Origin: Lama guanicoe
Lineage: Eukaryota
DNA length: 64,000 bases
Assembly: GCA_013239625.1 (NCBI GenBank)
Contig: MU054323.1
Location: 7,987,220 to 8,051,219 of the forward strand
Reading direction: 5' to 3'
Each line of letters begins with the position of its first letter. Position 1 is the first letter of the stretch. This document shows positions 22,481 through 34,400 of the stretch, in pieces. Both the position numbers and the translations under genes were made by a program. The notes beneath the pieces are model-generated. The model was given only the letters and a program-made list of their open reading frames with translations, searched no databases and was not told the origin of the DNA.

Positions 22481-25400
22481 CAAGTTACTCCAGTTCTCTT
22501 GAAATAATACTCTTGTCAAAGTAGCATGCACCTAGCATACTTATATCTGTCTTTATTACACATGCTTTTAAACCTTCCTTTAAATGAATTAGAGTCTGGC
22601 AATCATATCCATTCCCTTAAAACACTGCTCTCTTTGTAGCATGTGGGTAGTACTTTCAATAACCATTATTATTACATTTTAAAAAAGCACTTTTCTAAAT
22701 GCATGACAGAAAAGCTTAAGAATATGCTCAAGTATTCTTAGAACATTCAAATTTTCTTAGAACACTCAAGTTATTCCCTTTTGAAATATTCTTTACAGGA
22801 TAAAATCCAGCCTCCTTAAGCCTAATTGGTATAATGAGATAATTAGAAGCCATTTGATGGGTCACAACTGCCAAAAGGAAGTGAACTGATCACACAATAT
22901 CCAAGTCAAATAAAAATGAGGTTGGGTACCACCCTCTCTCCTTAAATCTTAGTTGGAATTAGTTTGGGCCTATGTCTCAGAGCTAAAGAATAAATCTCAC
23001 CAAATTGGACTCTGTATTCAATTAAGACTCCACTTTGAGTAACAATAGAATATCTACATTAAGAATATGAAAGTAAGCAAACAACAGCATTAAAAACATT
23101 AAAGCAGCTTTGATTTTAGATTATCAGGGCAATGCTGGCTTGTTGAAACAAAGCTAAAACAATTGAGAAATGTGTAATTTAGAAACTGAAAGTACTTATG
23201 ACTCCCTTTCTGGTCATAAAATGAGCCAAATTATATACCTTGCTTTTGAGTTGTTTTAGGTTTCCTGTTCTTATTTTTAAAAATGAAATGATCTCAGCTT
23301 TTCATATTGCTCTCACACACACAAAGAAATATGCTAAGGAATTGTTTTTTACTTGAATATGGCTCTCGGATTGTTTTTTTTCTTTAGTCTGTGAAGAAGA
23401 AACATTTTTCAGAAAGGAAATTTATTAAAGAAGGACTCAAGAAGTGAAAACAAGCTAACATGCATCAGTAGTAGAATGGATAAACAAACTCACAAGAGCT
23501 TTATGATATGCTACCATACTTTAAAGCCATATAGAAACTAAAATGAACCAGGTTTATATATGTTATTGATATGAATCAACCTCAAAAAAATGTTGAGTGT
23601 AAAAGATGTTGTAAGAGGTTAGGAACAGTGGGACACCATTTAAGCATACACACGTACAAGCACAAAATAATACTATATTGAATCTGGATATGAACGTATA
23701 CAGTAAAAGTATAAAATATGAATAGGAATGATAACAATTTCAAGGTAGTAGTTAACTCTGGGGATAACAGGGAAAGAGATGGTGCAGAGCTGGAGCTTTA
23801 GCTGAAACAATAAAAAAAAAAAAGCTCTGAAGCACATATGGCAAAAGATTAACATCTGTTAAGTCCTGGTGGTGGGTAGATGGACATCAAGTATATTCTT
23901 TTCCATATGTGAGAGTTAAGATGAATAATGAGGAAAATGCTAGGTAGAGGGATGAGGGACCTGTCCTGGTCTTGACTGTTAAGAGAGCATTTGATTCATC
24001 CTTATGCTTTTTCTGCTAAAAAAAATATGTATTGGACGCAATATATAGCATGTCTTTTAAAACACACAGATGCCTCTCCTTTTTTCCTTCCAATTTGAAT
24101 CATTTAAATATTTAAAGACAAAAAGTGAGCACTGACTTTTTTTCTATTATTTTTTCCTATTTTTTTTTTAAACACACACACAGAGGTCTAACAGCCAAAA
24201 TGCACATGGGAAATGATCTCCTGCTCTGTCCCCCCATAGTCCCATCGGTGCCTGACACTGCTGTGGGCCCTCCCTCCTCTCCAACGCACAGAGGAATTCA
24301 CAGTGGCTGCTTTACATTACAGCTGTAATGCATTTGGTCTGTTTTGTAATGTGTGCATGTCTCGCCCCAGCATCTCCATTCTAAAATAAAAACCAAACAG
24401 TCATTGAGGGCAGGGTACATCCCTCCCATTGGTACCAGCTCCTACCCTACAATGGGACTGTGAGGGGGATCTTCCGGTTAGCACTTCAGAGAAGCAGGCA
24501 GTTGGCCAGAGCTGGAGTAAAAGTCTGCATTGCTGCACTCTGGTGATAACGAAGTGAGGATGGAAGACACAGGTCAGGACAGCGTGGAGGACACAGATGA
24601 CACTGGGACTTGCTTTGTGAGATAAAGTAGGGAGAAGTCAATCATGGTGTCACAATTTTAAAATAAAAATAAAAGTAATCCAAATAGTCAGCAATTCAAA
24701 CACTAATGAATTTCAAATGTTTCCCAAGTCACCTCAAGTATCGCAGGAGCAATCTGGAGCTTTCCAGGAAGGGAGGGTAGAGTCCCTGCATTCCTCCCTG
24801 AAGCCCTGCCCCGTGGGGCCCTGGAAGGACCTGCCACTGCTGCACGGCAGCTCTTCAACCTGGAAGACAGCGGGAAGAGGCAGGGGCAGGAAGGAAGTGG
24901 CCTCAACCCACAAGGCTGCTCTGGAAAACCGGCACATAACAGTGTGAACCACAAGGAGGGAGAGGTGAAAAGCGGTTCCTGCCTTGGACTGGAGCCTCTC
25001 AGGGAACATCTCTGTCAGACTCCACAATCTCCCCGCCGTGGTCACACCCAGCTCCTGTCTCCCCCTGGTCCAGCTCCTCATCTTCTCGGTCACCTTTCCA
25101 AAGCAGTTCCTCCCCAGGGAGGGGTCAGCGGCGGTGGCCACCTCAGGGACTCCAGCCACAGATGCTTTCTCTTATGAGAAAATTATTTCTTCTGACTCAC
25201 ACCTAGGCTTTATTTCTAAAAGAAAATTCTTTACTCCTAGCACTTTAAAAAATTTAAAGGGCTGTGCCTGTACAAAGATGGGATTTAAAAAAATACCTCC
25301 AAAAAGTGCTTTATCCTACTTAATTCTCCCTTTGGTTTTTACCTATTTTCTTATTTACAAGGCTCATTCCTTGCTAGTACTTTGGGCTCTAGAGTCCATT

Positions 25401-25979
25401 TAAATGCCTTCACTCTTCAAATTTCCCTAGAGAAGCTGTTATTTCACTTTCAGCCGATTACCGACCTTCTGCTTTCAAGAGGGAATTGCTGGCAGCTACC
25501 TCAAAAGCTTGCTTCTCAAATTATCTCTTTAGCCTTTTCCTTGCCTATTCTCATGCCAAACTAGAAAGAGAAATCCAATATGAGTAATTTGCTGAGGCTC
25601 ACATCAAATCCTTATGATCACGTCCAATAAAATAGAGATTATCCTTAACTACCACGCTATTAACACAATGACCTCTCCCCTCTACTTTATATAATCATAG
25701 AAATTTATAGTTTTATACTATATTTTAGAACTTTATAGTTATACTATTTTATCTTTGTACAATTTGCTATAATGTTCTAGCAGGAATGCCTGTAAAAGTA
25801 CTAAATTTTAAACAACTTCACCTAAAATGATAAAAAGCCCCATTAAACTAAAATACCCAATTCATGATATTCCTCTGTCTTTCCCATGGTTATTAATACA
25901 CTTTTGGTTGTAAGAAGTTTGTATGTGTTATTTTGTGCTTTTCTTTTTAACGTAACACAAAATAATCCACTTTGCCTTT

Positions 25980-26640
25980 TTTTATTGAGCTAAAATTCGC
26001 TTAGCATAAAATTCACCATTCTAAAGAGTACATTTCCCTGGTTTTTAGTATATTCACAATATCGTGCAACTGCTGTCACTATCTAGTTCAGAACATTCTC
26101 ATCACCCCAGAAAGAAACCCCATACCTGTTAGTACCTATTCCCAATCCTCCTCATCCTTATCCCCTGGCAACCACTAATTTATTTTCTATTTGTATAGAT
26201 TTGCCTATTCTGGACATTTCATATAAATGAAATTATACAATATATGGCCTTTTGTGTTTGGCTTCTTTCACTTAGTATAATGTTTTTAAGGTTCATCCAA
26301 ATTGTGGCATGTATCAGCCCTTCACCCCTTTTTATGGGGGAATAACATTCCATTGTAGGTATATACATATTTTGTTTATCTGTTCATCAGTTGATGGACC
26401 TTTGGGTTGTTTCCATTTTATGGCTATTATGAATAATGCTGCTATGAACATTCATGTACAAATTTTAGGGTATATACCTAGAAATGGAATTGCTGGATCA
26501 TATGCTAACTCTATGTTTAACTTTGGGAGACCTGTCAAACAATTTTCCACAGAAGCTGCACCATTTTACAATCCCTCCTGCAATGCATAAAGATTCTAAT
26601 TTCTTCTCATCTTTGCCAACACTTGTTATTTTCTGGAGCT
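25980..26640 (-). mobile_element. L1 3' end (L1MB-like)
   Basis: tcccctggcaaccactaat, ttgcctattctggacatttcatataaatg, gctgctatgaacattcatgtacaa. Confidence 0.82.
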
Positions 26641-27284
26641 TCCCCCCATGTTTATGCACCCACTCGTTTATCTTTTTAATGACTGTATATTTTTATCTCG
26701 TTGATTTACCGTGGCTTATAGTTTGGGTTCTTATTTCATTGGGAATGTTGATTGCATGCATTTTCCCTCTGTAATTATAAATATGGCTTCTTATAAATCT
26801 TTGCAACAAGATTCTTTGTTTTTGGATTATTTCCTGGAAATATATTCTTCCAAAGTGGGATTACTATGTCATTGAATATGAAGAGTTTTATAGCATTTGT
26901 TGCTGCCAGCACAGAATAGTCCTTTATTTCATCATATCAATTTAACTCAACAAAAGCTTACTGAGGGCTTACTGAGTACGAGGCATTATGCTAGGTTCAG
27001 GAGTATACAGATGTGGTCATTACCCACCAACCACTTATAGTCCAGTAAGATAGATAAGAACATAGATAATTTCATAACATATGATTATGAAGGGAGAAGT
27101 ATGCACAGGATGCTGTAGAAACACAGAGGAACAGAACTGCCTAGTAAGGGCAGGTGGTAATGAAACTTAAGATGAATCTTGAAGACTCAGAGGGAGTTAG
27201 CCAGGCAGGAACAAAGGACTAGGAGCTTCAAAAAGTACAGCCTGAAGTGACTGAGGATTTATGAATAATCCTATTCCTGGGAGA

Positions 27285-27286
<2 letters not shown>

Positions 27287-27320
<34 letters not shown>
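27287..27320. repeat. (GT)17 microsatellite
   Basis: Direct reading. Confidence 0.97.
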
Positions 27321-27325
<5 letters not shown>

Positions 27326-27729
27326 GGGTCAGGGTCAGAAAGAGAAGAATAAGGACAAGAGTAACTCAATCAAAGGAGGAGGGAGTTGCAAGGAAATAAC
27401 AGTAGGCAGTGTATAAGCTGATAAAAAGTCAAATAAGAAGCTCTGTCCATTTGATTTGGGAACAAAGTGGAGGAGCCCGGAAGCAGCCATTTCAGTGGGG
27501 CTGGTGGGACTGGAAACCAGACTGGAGTGGGCTGAGGAGTAAGTGGAGGTTTGGAAGTAAGGGACAGCTTAGGTTGACTAAACAAAGCCTTGTGATAAGG
27601 AATTCTACTGATTTGATTTCTTTTTGCCATTGTTTTTCTGAATACCTTAAAATAATTCAAGTCTAATTCAGTGGTTTCCAAATCTCTTCCTAATGAAACT
27701 TACTGTCTTGTCTTTTAGCAGCTAATCTG

Positions 27730-28105
27730 GATTGGTAGATTGTTCACAAAGATGGTTGCAGTAATTCCTCCCATCCTTCTGTGCAGGCCCTGTGGCCAAG
27801 TAACTTTGCCATTCCATCCATTAAGAGGTGGAATCTGTTTCCCTTCCCATGAATCTGGGCTGGCCTTGTGATTTGCTTTGCCTGGTAGCGTGAGACAGAA
27901 GTAACACTGAGTGACATCTGAGCTTCAGCCTTGAAAGGCCTCGTAGCTTCTACTTATGCCCTCTTGGAATAATAAGACCAGCAAGACCAGCAGAACTGCT
28001 CAGCTAGGCCCAGCCCAAATTCCTGACCCACAGAATTATGAGTAAATAAAATGGTTATTAATTTAGGCTATTAAGTTTTGAGTGATTTGTTATGTGGCAA
28101 TAAAT
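27730..28105 (+). mobile_element. MaLR LTR (MLT1F/G/H-like), partial
   Basis: gaatctgggctggccttgtgatttgctttg; cccagcccaaattcctgacccacagaat; taagttttgagtgatttgttatgtggcaata. Confidence 0.75.
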
Positions 28106-29820
28106 CACTTTGATATCTGCTTAAGTTTTTGAAAATGTGTTCTCTTGTAGCTTATGCCTGCTGATACGGCATTTCGTTATGAAAGTCTAAGTCTCATTAG
28201 TCTACTCAGAGAGTTGTTTCTGTATCCTACCTTCTAGATTATTCATCAAAATATTAAGTCAATCTCTGTGAGATCTCAAAGTGTTTACTTAGTTTTCTTT
28301 TGATTCCAACCATTTGTTTCTTGTCTTTAAGTTAATTCTCGACCTAAGACAAAATACCTCAACTTTAACGGTGAATTTTTTAAAAAGGAGAGGAGGGGTT
28401 AGGGGAGGAAGGTCAAAAGAGCACATCTATGAAGAGCCAGGGCATTGGATAAGACTGGTTATTCACAGAATGGAGTAATAACTATACCTTGCCTGAGGTC
28501 CAAATGCTGTCCAACTTTGTATCTCCAAGGTCTGTCATGGTATCTGGATTTGGTGTACAGTTACTGTTCAATAAGGATACACGAAGAGACAACGAAGCTG
28601 CTACTTTTACACACTGTTTCATATTTGTATGTCTTGTTTTCTAACTTCTGCTAGAGTTGGTCAAGCAGCCTGCATAGCGTTGGGCATATAAGGAAAGAAC
28701 TCAGAGTCTTACTTAGTAGATATCTATGTTGGCAATTATTGCCTGAACCCCTGCCCCAGGTTTTTGAGGATTCTTACAGGAAAATGGATCATGGCAAACT
28801 TTCCTACTCACTTGCTTCTCTTAAACTCTTCAGGTTTTTTTTTTTTGCTAGTACTTTTCTCTTCCACCAACACTAAATAACCATCAATCTCAGCTCCAAT
28901 GATCTCAAAGTTTTATGAAGACAAAAATGATCCCTACTCAAAAACGGAGTCCCTTGCATGGCTATATGAAATTGGAGGAAGGAAGGAAGGAAGGAAGGAA
29001 ATTACATTTGGTTATATTTGCAGACCTGACATTAGATGAGGCAAACAGGAATAAGGAGACAGGCATGATAGGGGTGATGCCTCTATGGCTACCCATCTGA
29101 ATGATTTGTACTTGGTTTACCTAGAGTTCTGCTTCCATTTTAGTGTAGTACTAATGGGGAGAAGGATGTGTATTTAAGAGAGGTATCAATTCTCTCTCTG
29201 CTCAGAAGATTCAGAGGTTGAGTCACTATCAGAACTTCAAAGAATGCTGACAATAAGACTTTGTGCAGTGTAAAACTTTGCTGAGATCAGTTTTTAAAAA
29301 TAAGCCTCCTTTTATTTAACATTCACACTCATGAATAATGGATATAAAAGAGAAATAATCACTCATTTTCACAACAAGAATGGCAAGTATATATAGGGTT
29401 TGGATTTTATTCTTACATCATATCACACCCAGCCTCTAGGTCTCTCTGAACCTTTACACTGCTTCTCCTGGTTTTGAATGACTATTGACACCATTGATTT
29501 GGTGTTCAAAGGTGAAGGGCACAAAAATGACCAGAAAACCACTGAGAGGCTGGTGGGATTATAACACCCTCCTCCACTGACGTGGGAAGTAGAAGGTACA
29601 AAGCAGCATTAGTTTATGCTGCATCTCAGTACACTGTGCAGCCCTTTTTTGTGATAAAGAGTTTGATTGATTACCCACTCAAATAGAGTCCTCTATACAT
29701 TCCTATCTAGTAGAACTATGTTTGAAAAATGTAAAATACAGCAAAAATTGGGCAGACAAAACCCAACCTAAGGTTTACTCCAGCCAGGGAATTTTGTTTT
29801 TAAGAAACAATACACAAGAA

Positions 29821-29975
29821 GGGAGGGTATAGCTCAAGTGGCAGAGCCCATGGTTAGCATGCATGAGGTTCTAAGTTCCATCTCCAGTACTTCCTCTAAA
29901 AAATAAATAAATAAATAAATACACAAACAAACCTAATTCCGCCCCCCCAAATAATATCAATAAATAAAAATTAAA
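29821..29975 (+). mobile_element. tRNA-derived SINE (Vic-1-like)
   Basis: GGGAGGGTATAGCTCAAGTGGCAGAGC head, ACCTAATT...CCCC segment, A-rich tail. Confidence 0.85.
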
Positions 29976-30049
29976 AAAATAGACAACTTAATGACTGTTC
30001 AGTTCTTTCCTACTTTTTTTCCTCCCAGACTTGACTAAAAACTTCTGAA

Positions 30050-30195
30050 TTTTCTTTTTTCTCTCTTCCTCCCTTCCTTCTTTCTTCCTTCCTTTTCTTT
30101 CTCCCTTCCTCTTTCTTTCTTTCTTCCTTCCTTTCTTCCTTCCTTCCTTCTTTCCTTCCTTCCTTTCTTTTCTTCCTTCCTTTCTTTTTCTTTCT
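30050..30195. repeat. Imperfect (TTCC/TTTC)n polypyrimidine tract
   Basis: About 145 nt of pyrimidines. Confidence 0.93.
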
Positions 30196-31347
30196 AAAAT
30201 CTTACCATGGTAACTTGTAGAAGCATGGTCAACTAAAAGTTTGATGACTTGTGCTCTTATTCTGGTTTTACCATAAACTTTTGGGCAAGATATGTAATTT
30301 TGTTGTTCTGTACAATTAGAACAGCTACCCAGCCATGGTGCAGAGTTGTTAGGATGATCTAGTGAGATGTCAAATTGCTTTGGGAACCAGAGTTTATGAG
30401 TATCAGGCATTGTTATTATTTAAAGGTAAAAGCCCAATCAGTATCTTTTTACAAGCTTCCTAGGGAAACCTTGTCCATTTTTATGACTTTAATAACTTAT
30501 ATTTGAGTTATTAACTATATTTGTCCTTAACTTACTCCCAATTTTCTAGATATCTCCATTTATCCAATATCCTTTCACTTCAGATGAACAGGAATTCTAG
30601 GAATTAAAACTTTTCTTCCCTAGGTTATATTACAAAGGTGATAAGACTGTTTCTAACACAAATGTCTTTTATGATTATCATTCTGGAAGGCCAAAAGCCT
30701 GATGCTGAGTGTATGAGATATAGAAGAGAAGCTTCAACGGATGAGGAAGCAAACCAGGAAAGCAAGGCAATAATAAACTACGCTCAGTATTGTGGTGCTG
30801 AAGGAAAAGACAGCACAGGACATAGAATGGAACAGCCGGGCCAAGATGAAGCGGCCCCTGAAAGCTCTGGGCTGTCCTGGGCTTGAATGCGCGCTGGAAT
30901 GGAATTCAGGAAAGAGGCGACAGGAAGGTGATTCACTCGCAAAGGCAAATTTGTTTACTTGACAATTTTCCCTTTCCAGGTGAGAGTGTCTGGTAAAACT
31001 CACCTAGGTCTAGGATTCATGGAGTTTTGGAAAAATAATATATTTGTATGGGCTTAATTTAACAGGCTTACACCATATCACTTCACATGCTTTATGTAAC
31101 AAGGCAGGATAAGAATTACGATCACTTTACAGATCAGTTGATTTAATCATAGAGAAGGTAAATGATACAGTTCAATTACATTTCAGATATGAATAGGATC
31201 TTAGAGATTTAAGTCTAACGTTCATTAAAAAAAAAGAGAGAGAGAACAAGGTTAGGTAAAGTGAGTTGTCTAGGATCACACAGCCAATATGTGGCAGATG
31301 TCAAAGTATAAACAATGTTCTATGTTGTTTCAATTTAGAAATTCTCA

Positions 31348-31529
31348 TAGATATATAACAAGTTCATACCTTATAGCACAGAGAACTACATTCAATATCT
31401 TATAGTAACTTGTGGTGAAAAAGAATATGAAAATGAATAGATGTATGTTCATGTATGACTGAAGCATTATGCTATACACCAGAAATTGACACATTGTAAA
31501 CGACTACACTGCAATAAATATGTATATAT
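31348..31529 (+). mobile_element. 5'-truncated lineage-specific L1 3' end with TSD
   Basis: tatagcacagagaactacattcaatatctt...acaccagaaattgacacattgtaaa; TSD agaaattctca at 31337-31347 and 31530-31540. Confidence 0.8.
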
Positions 31530-31694
31530 AGAAATTCTCAGACTGACTCATAATTGATTCAAACTTGTTAAAATCTTCCGCAGAAGAGAGGAAGCAAACT
31601 GTGACTGCTTTCACAAAATTAAAAGATGCTCTTTTAAAAATACTCCTTTTGAAAAAAAATTCCTTTTGAAGAAAATATCAGAGAGGCAGAAAAA

Positions 31695-32190
31695 AATTTT
31701 ACAAAATCAGAAATGTAATTTTGAGTTTGCATATATTTGAAGTGATTAACACTAAGTGCAGCTTATGAACTACCATTAGGCTGTACTCTAGCCACATTTT
31801 ATGGCTTGTCACTATTAACTAAACATCTTTTACAAGTATGAAGTTTGTATTTCAGATGGGTAAGCACAGGTCTTATATTTAAAATCATTTGGTAAGAGGT
31901 TTTTTTCTCTTAATAGCAGTTAGAAGAAACATGTAACAGGAAATCTATAGTGTATTACTTGGAAGAATAGCCTCAGTCTAATTAACAGATTGTCTAAAAC
32001 TCTATTTAGCATAAAGATGTATCAATTTGGTTTTCTTATTGGATTTAAATACAGTACCTGCACAAAGGAAATACTTTTATGTCCAAGGACGTGGTTTCAT
32101 AGTTTTCCTTTCATTAAAGCCAACTTCCTACTTAAAAGGAGATTCACATTTCCAGTGCACTTCACAACATATCAGAGATTTTTGCTCTTT
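31695..32190 (+). repeat. Copy 1 of a diverged ~500 bp direct duplication (partner about 42780-43310)
   Basis: Colinear shared blocks with 19/20, 18/18 and 40/42 identity by eye; see findings. Confidence 0.88.
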
Positions 32191-33039
32191 CATTCAACAA
32201 AATGTACTGATCACATATTGTTTGCAAGCTGCTGGGCTACAGAACATGAGGAAAATCAAGAGGTTTAAATACAATCTTCTCCTTAGGCAAATGAGGGAAA
32301 CTGACACCCAAGTTTATTGATCATCTACCATGCACCAATTATGATGACAATGCTTTATATCTCTTACCTTGTAAGAACCTTAAACTTCATTATTATTTTT
32401 TTAAATAATAGAAATTTATTTTTCACAGTTCTGGATGTTGGAAAGTCCAAGATCATGGTGCTGTCTTATCTGGTGTCTGGTCATGAATCTTAAACTTTTC
32501 CAGGGGAGATAAGATATACACAGAAATATACACTTGACATAAAGCGTCCCCAGAAAATATCTGTTGAATAAATGAATGTAAGGAATCTCAAAATAACTGC
32601 CCTTGTTGCAAAGTCCCAGAGAGATTCAGAGGCTCCCTTAGGTGGTGGCTTTCGATACTGAAGGCCTCATTTCATGTTAGGTTGACCAATTCGGAGCTGT
32701 GTAATTAAAGATCCTGGGCAGGTTAGGTAATCTGAATTTTGACTTCCTGATCTGCAAAGTGGGGAAAATGCTTTCCATCTCATAGTGTTGTTATGGGGAG
32801 TTGGCGATAAGTTAAGTTCCCCATATAGAAGGCGCTCAAAAAATGGTAGCAACCATTACTATTAAGTTTTATTATTATGCTGATACACACTAGCCATTGA
32901 TTTAGTGTTCTTTCTACATTTGGCTCCAGTTATGTAAACGCACTTCCTGCAAAAGCATTTAAGGAACCCTAAAGACTCAGAGATCAGCGCTTTTATCTGC
33001 TCGGGAGACACTGTCAATCTTCACTAGGAACAAAGTGAC

Positions 33040-34400
33040 AAAGCAGGCAGAGCGTGGCGAGGCGGTCCAAGGTTCATAAACAACGGACCCAAAGGCTTTG
33101 TCTCCAATGTTCTTTCACGCCCCTTTATTAACTGCAAAAAGCCTCTCACCGAGCCTTCAACTGGCTTCTCTATGGCAAATCACGTTCACTAAGCTACTGC
33201 GTGCAGCGCACGGTGCCAGTTGGCGAAGCGGGCTAGATACAGACTCTGTTTCTGCTTTTACGTCAAGGCTTGAGAGAACTAAGCCCTCTTCCCTGACGCA
33301 CTGCTGAACTGGTTCGCACGCAATCACCTACCTCCCAAGACTAAAAAGGTGTCCCCAAATCTCTACCCAGGCGCAGATGCCACATAATCGACGCCACTCC
33401 CCAGGGACGAAGAGCAAGGCCTCCTGGGAAACTGACCTTTCACCTCCCCTCTTGCCTTACCTCAACTCACCAATTTTGACGCTAGCGAATGAAGTGACCA
33501 GGAGACCTGGAAGGCGGGACTTAGTGGTTCCCCATCCACACTGATTGGACTGCGACGGCGCGAAGGGACCGCGTGAGCGGGCTAGCGCCCCTCCCTCGGT
33601 GGGCGGGGAGAAGTGGGGGCTGCGCTTGCGCACTGGGAGGCGGCGGAAGTGGCCCTGGCGGCTACGCGTGCGCGGTGGGCGGAGCCCGGCTCCTCCAGCT
33701 CCTTTGCCAGCCCAGGTCCGCCCAGCTTTACCCAGCCGGTGTGGAGCTCGTGTTTCCCCACCTCGTCGCGGAGAGTCGCTGCCGGGTGGGCGCTCGGTGT
33801 CCGGGTCGTCATGGCTGGTTACGAATACGTGAGCCCGGAGCAGCTGGCTGGCTTTGATAAGTACAAGGTAGTGCGGGTCCCGCGGACTCCCCTCTCCTTG
33901 CTGGTTCTCGGCCTCTCCTAGGCGCCTAAGGGGCCGGCGCCGTCTGTGTCACCTTGTGCCGCATGGCTCCGGCGGGCTGGCGGCAGTTTCTCTGGAGGTC
34001 CTGCCGAGTGCTGGGGCTTTGGGGTCGGGGTGCGTGCGAGCACCCTAGGCCCGCCGCTCCGACTCGGCACCCTCCCGGGGAATTGCCTTTTCCTTGGGAG
34101 ACTCCTCCACTAGAGGAGTCTTCGCTTCTTTAACTTCGTTATTATTAATATTTTTAACCCCCTGAAAGGTGATGCAGTTCCGTTCAGTAGTGTCTTAATT
34201 GTCTTCATTTTAATGAAGTTGCCGTCCGGCTCTCTTGCACGCAACTTCAGAGATAGAGAGGCTCATTTGGCAGATGAGGCCCGGGGAGCGGGGAGTGACT
34301 ACTGGGGCCATACTGCTGATGCGCTCGCTTCCACTCCCAGTGAAGAGGCGCCTGGGCGGCCGGAGAAGTAAATGTGCACAGGCAGGAACTGGAGCTGTGT
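33040..34400. promoter_or_regulatory. CpG island / SELENOI promoter, likely bidirectional
   Basis: Dense CpG (core about 33530-34080) in a CpG-poor background; ATTGG (inverted CCAAT) 33544-33548, GC box GGGCGGGG 33601-33608, NRF1-like TGCGCTTGCGCA 33621-33632, ETS/GABP CGGAAGT 33644-33650; no TATA. Boundaries approximate. Confidence 0.88.
33811..33867 (+). CDS. SELENOI: SELENOI coding exon 1 ([19 protein letters not shown])
   Basis: gtcATGg Kozak context in a CpG island; AAG|gtagtg donor. Confidence 0.96.

Noticed and set aside
29821..29895. tRNA-like sequences (also near 3640-3710, 37795-37867, 38970-39040, 42240-42314, 46964-47035)
   Set aside because: They are diverged, followed by SINE tails and often flanked by TSDs, so they are SINE heads and not tRNA genes.
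29988..30410. 140-aa Lys/Arg/Glu-rich ORF
   Set aside because: Produced by translating the (GGAA/GAAA)n simple repeat.
34100..34120. GACTCCTC-cacta-GAGGAGTC hairpin in SELENOI intron 1
   Set aside because: An 8-bp stem is expected by chance in 64 kb and has no SECIS or miRNA features.
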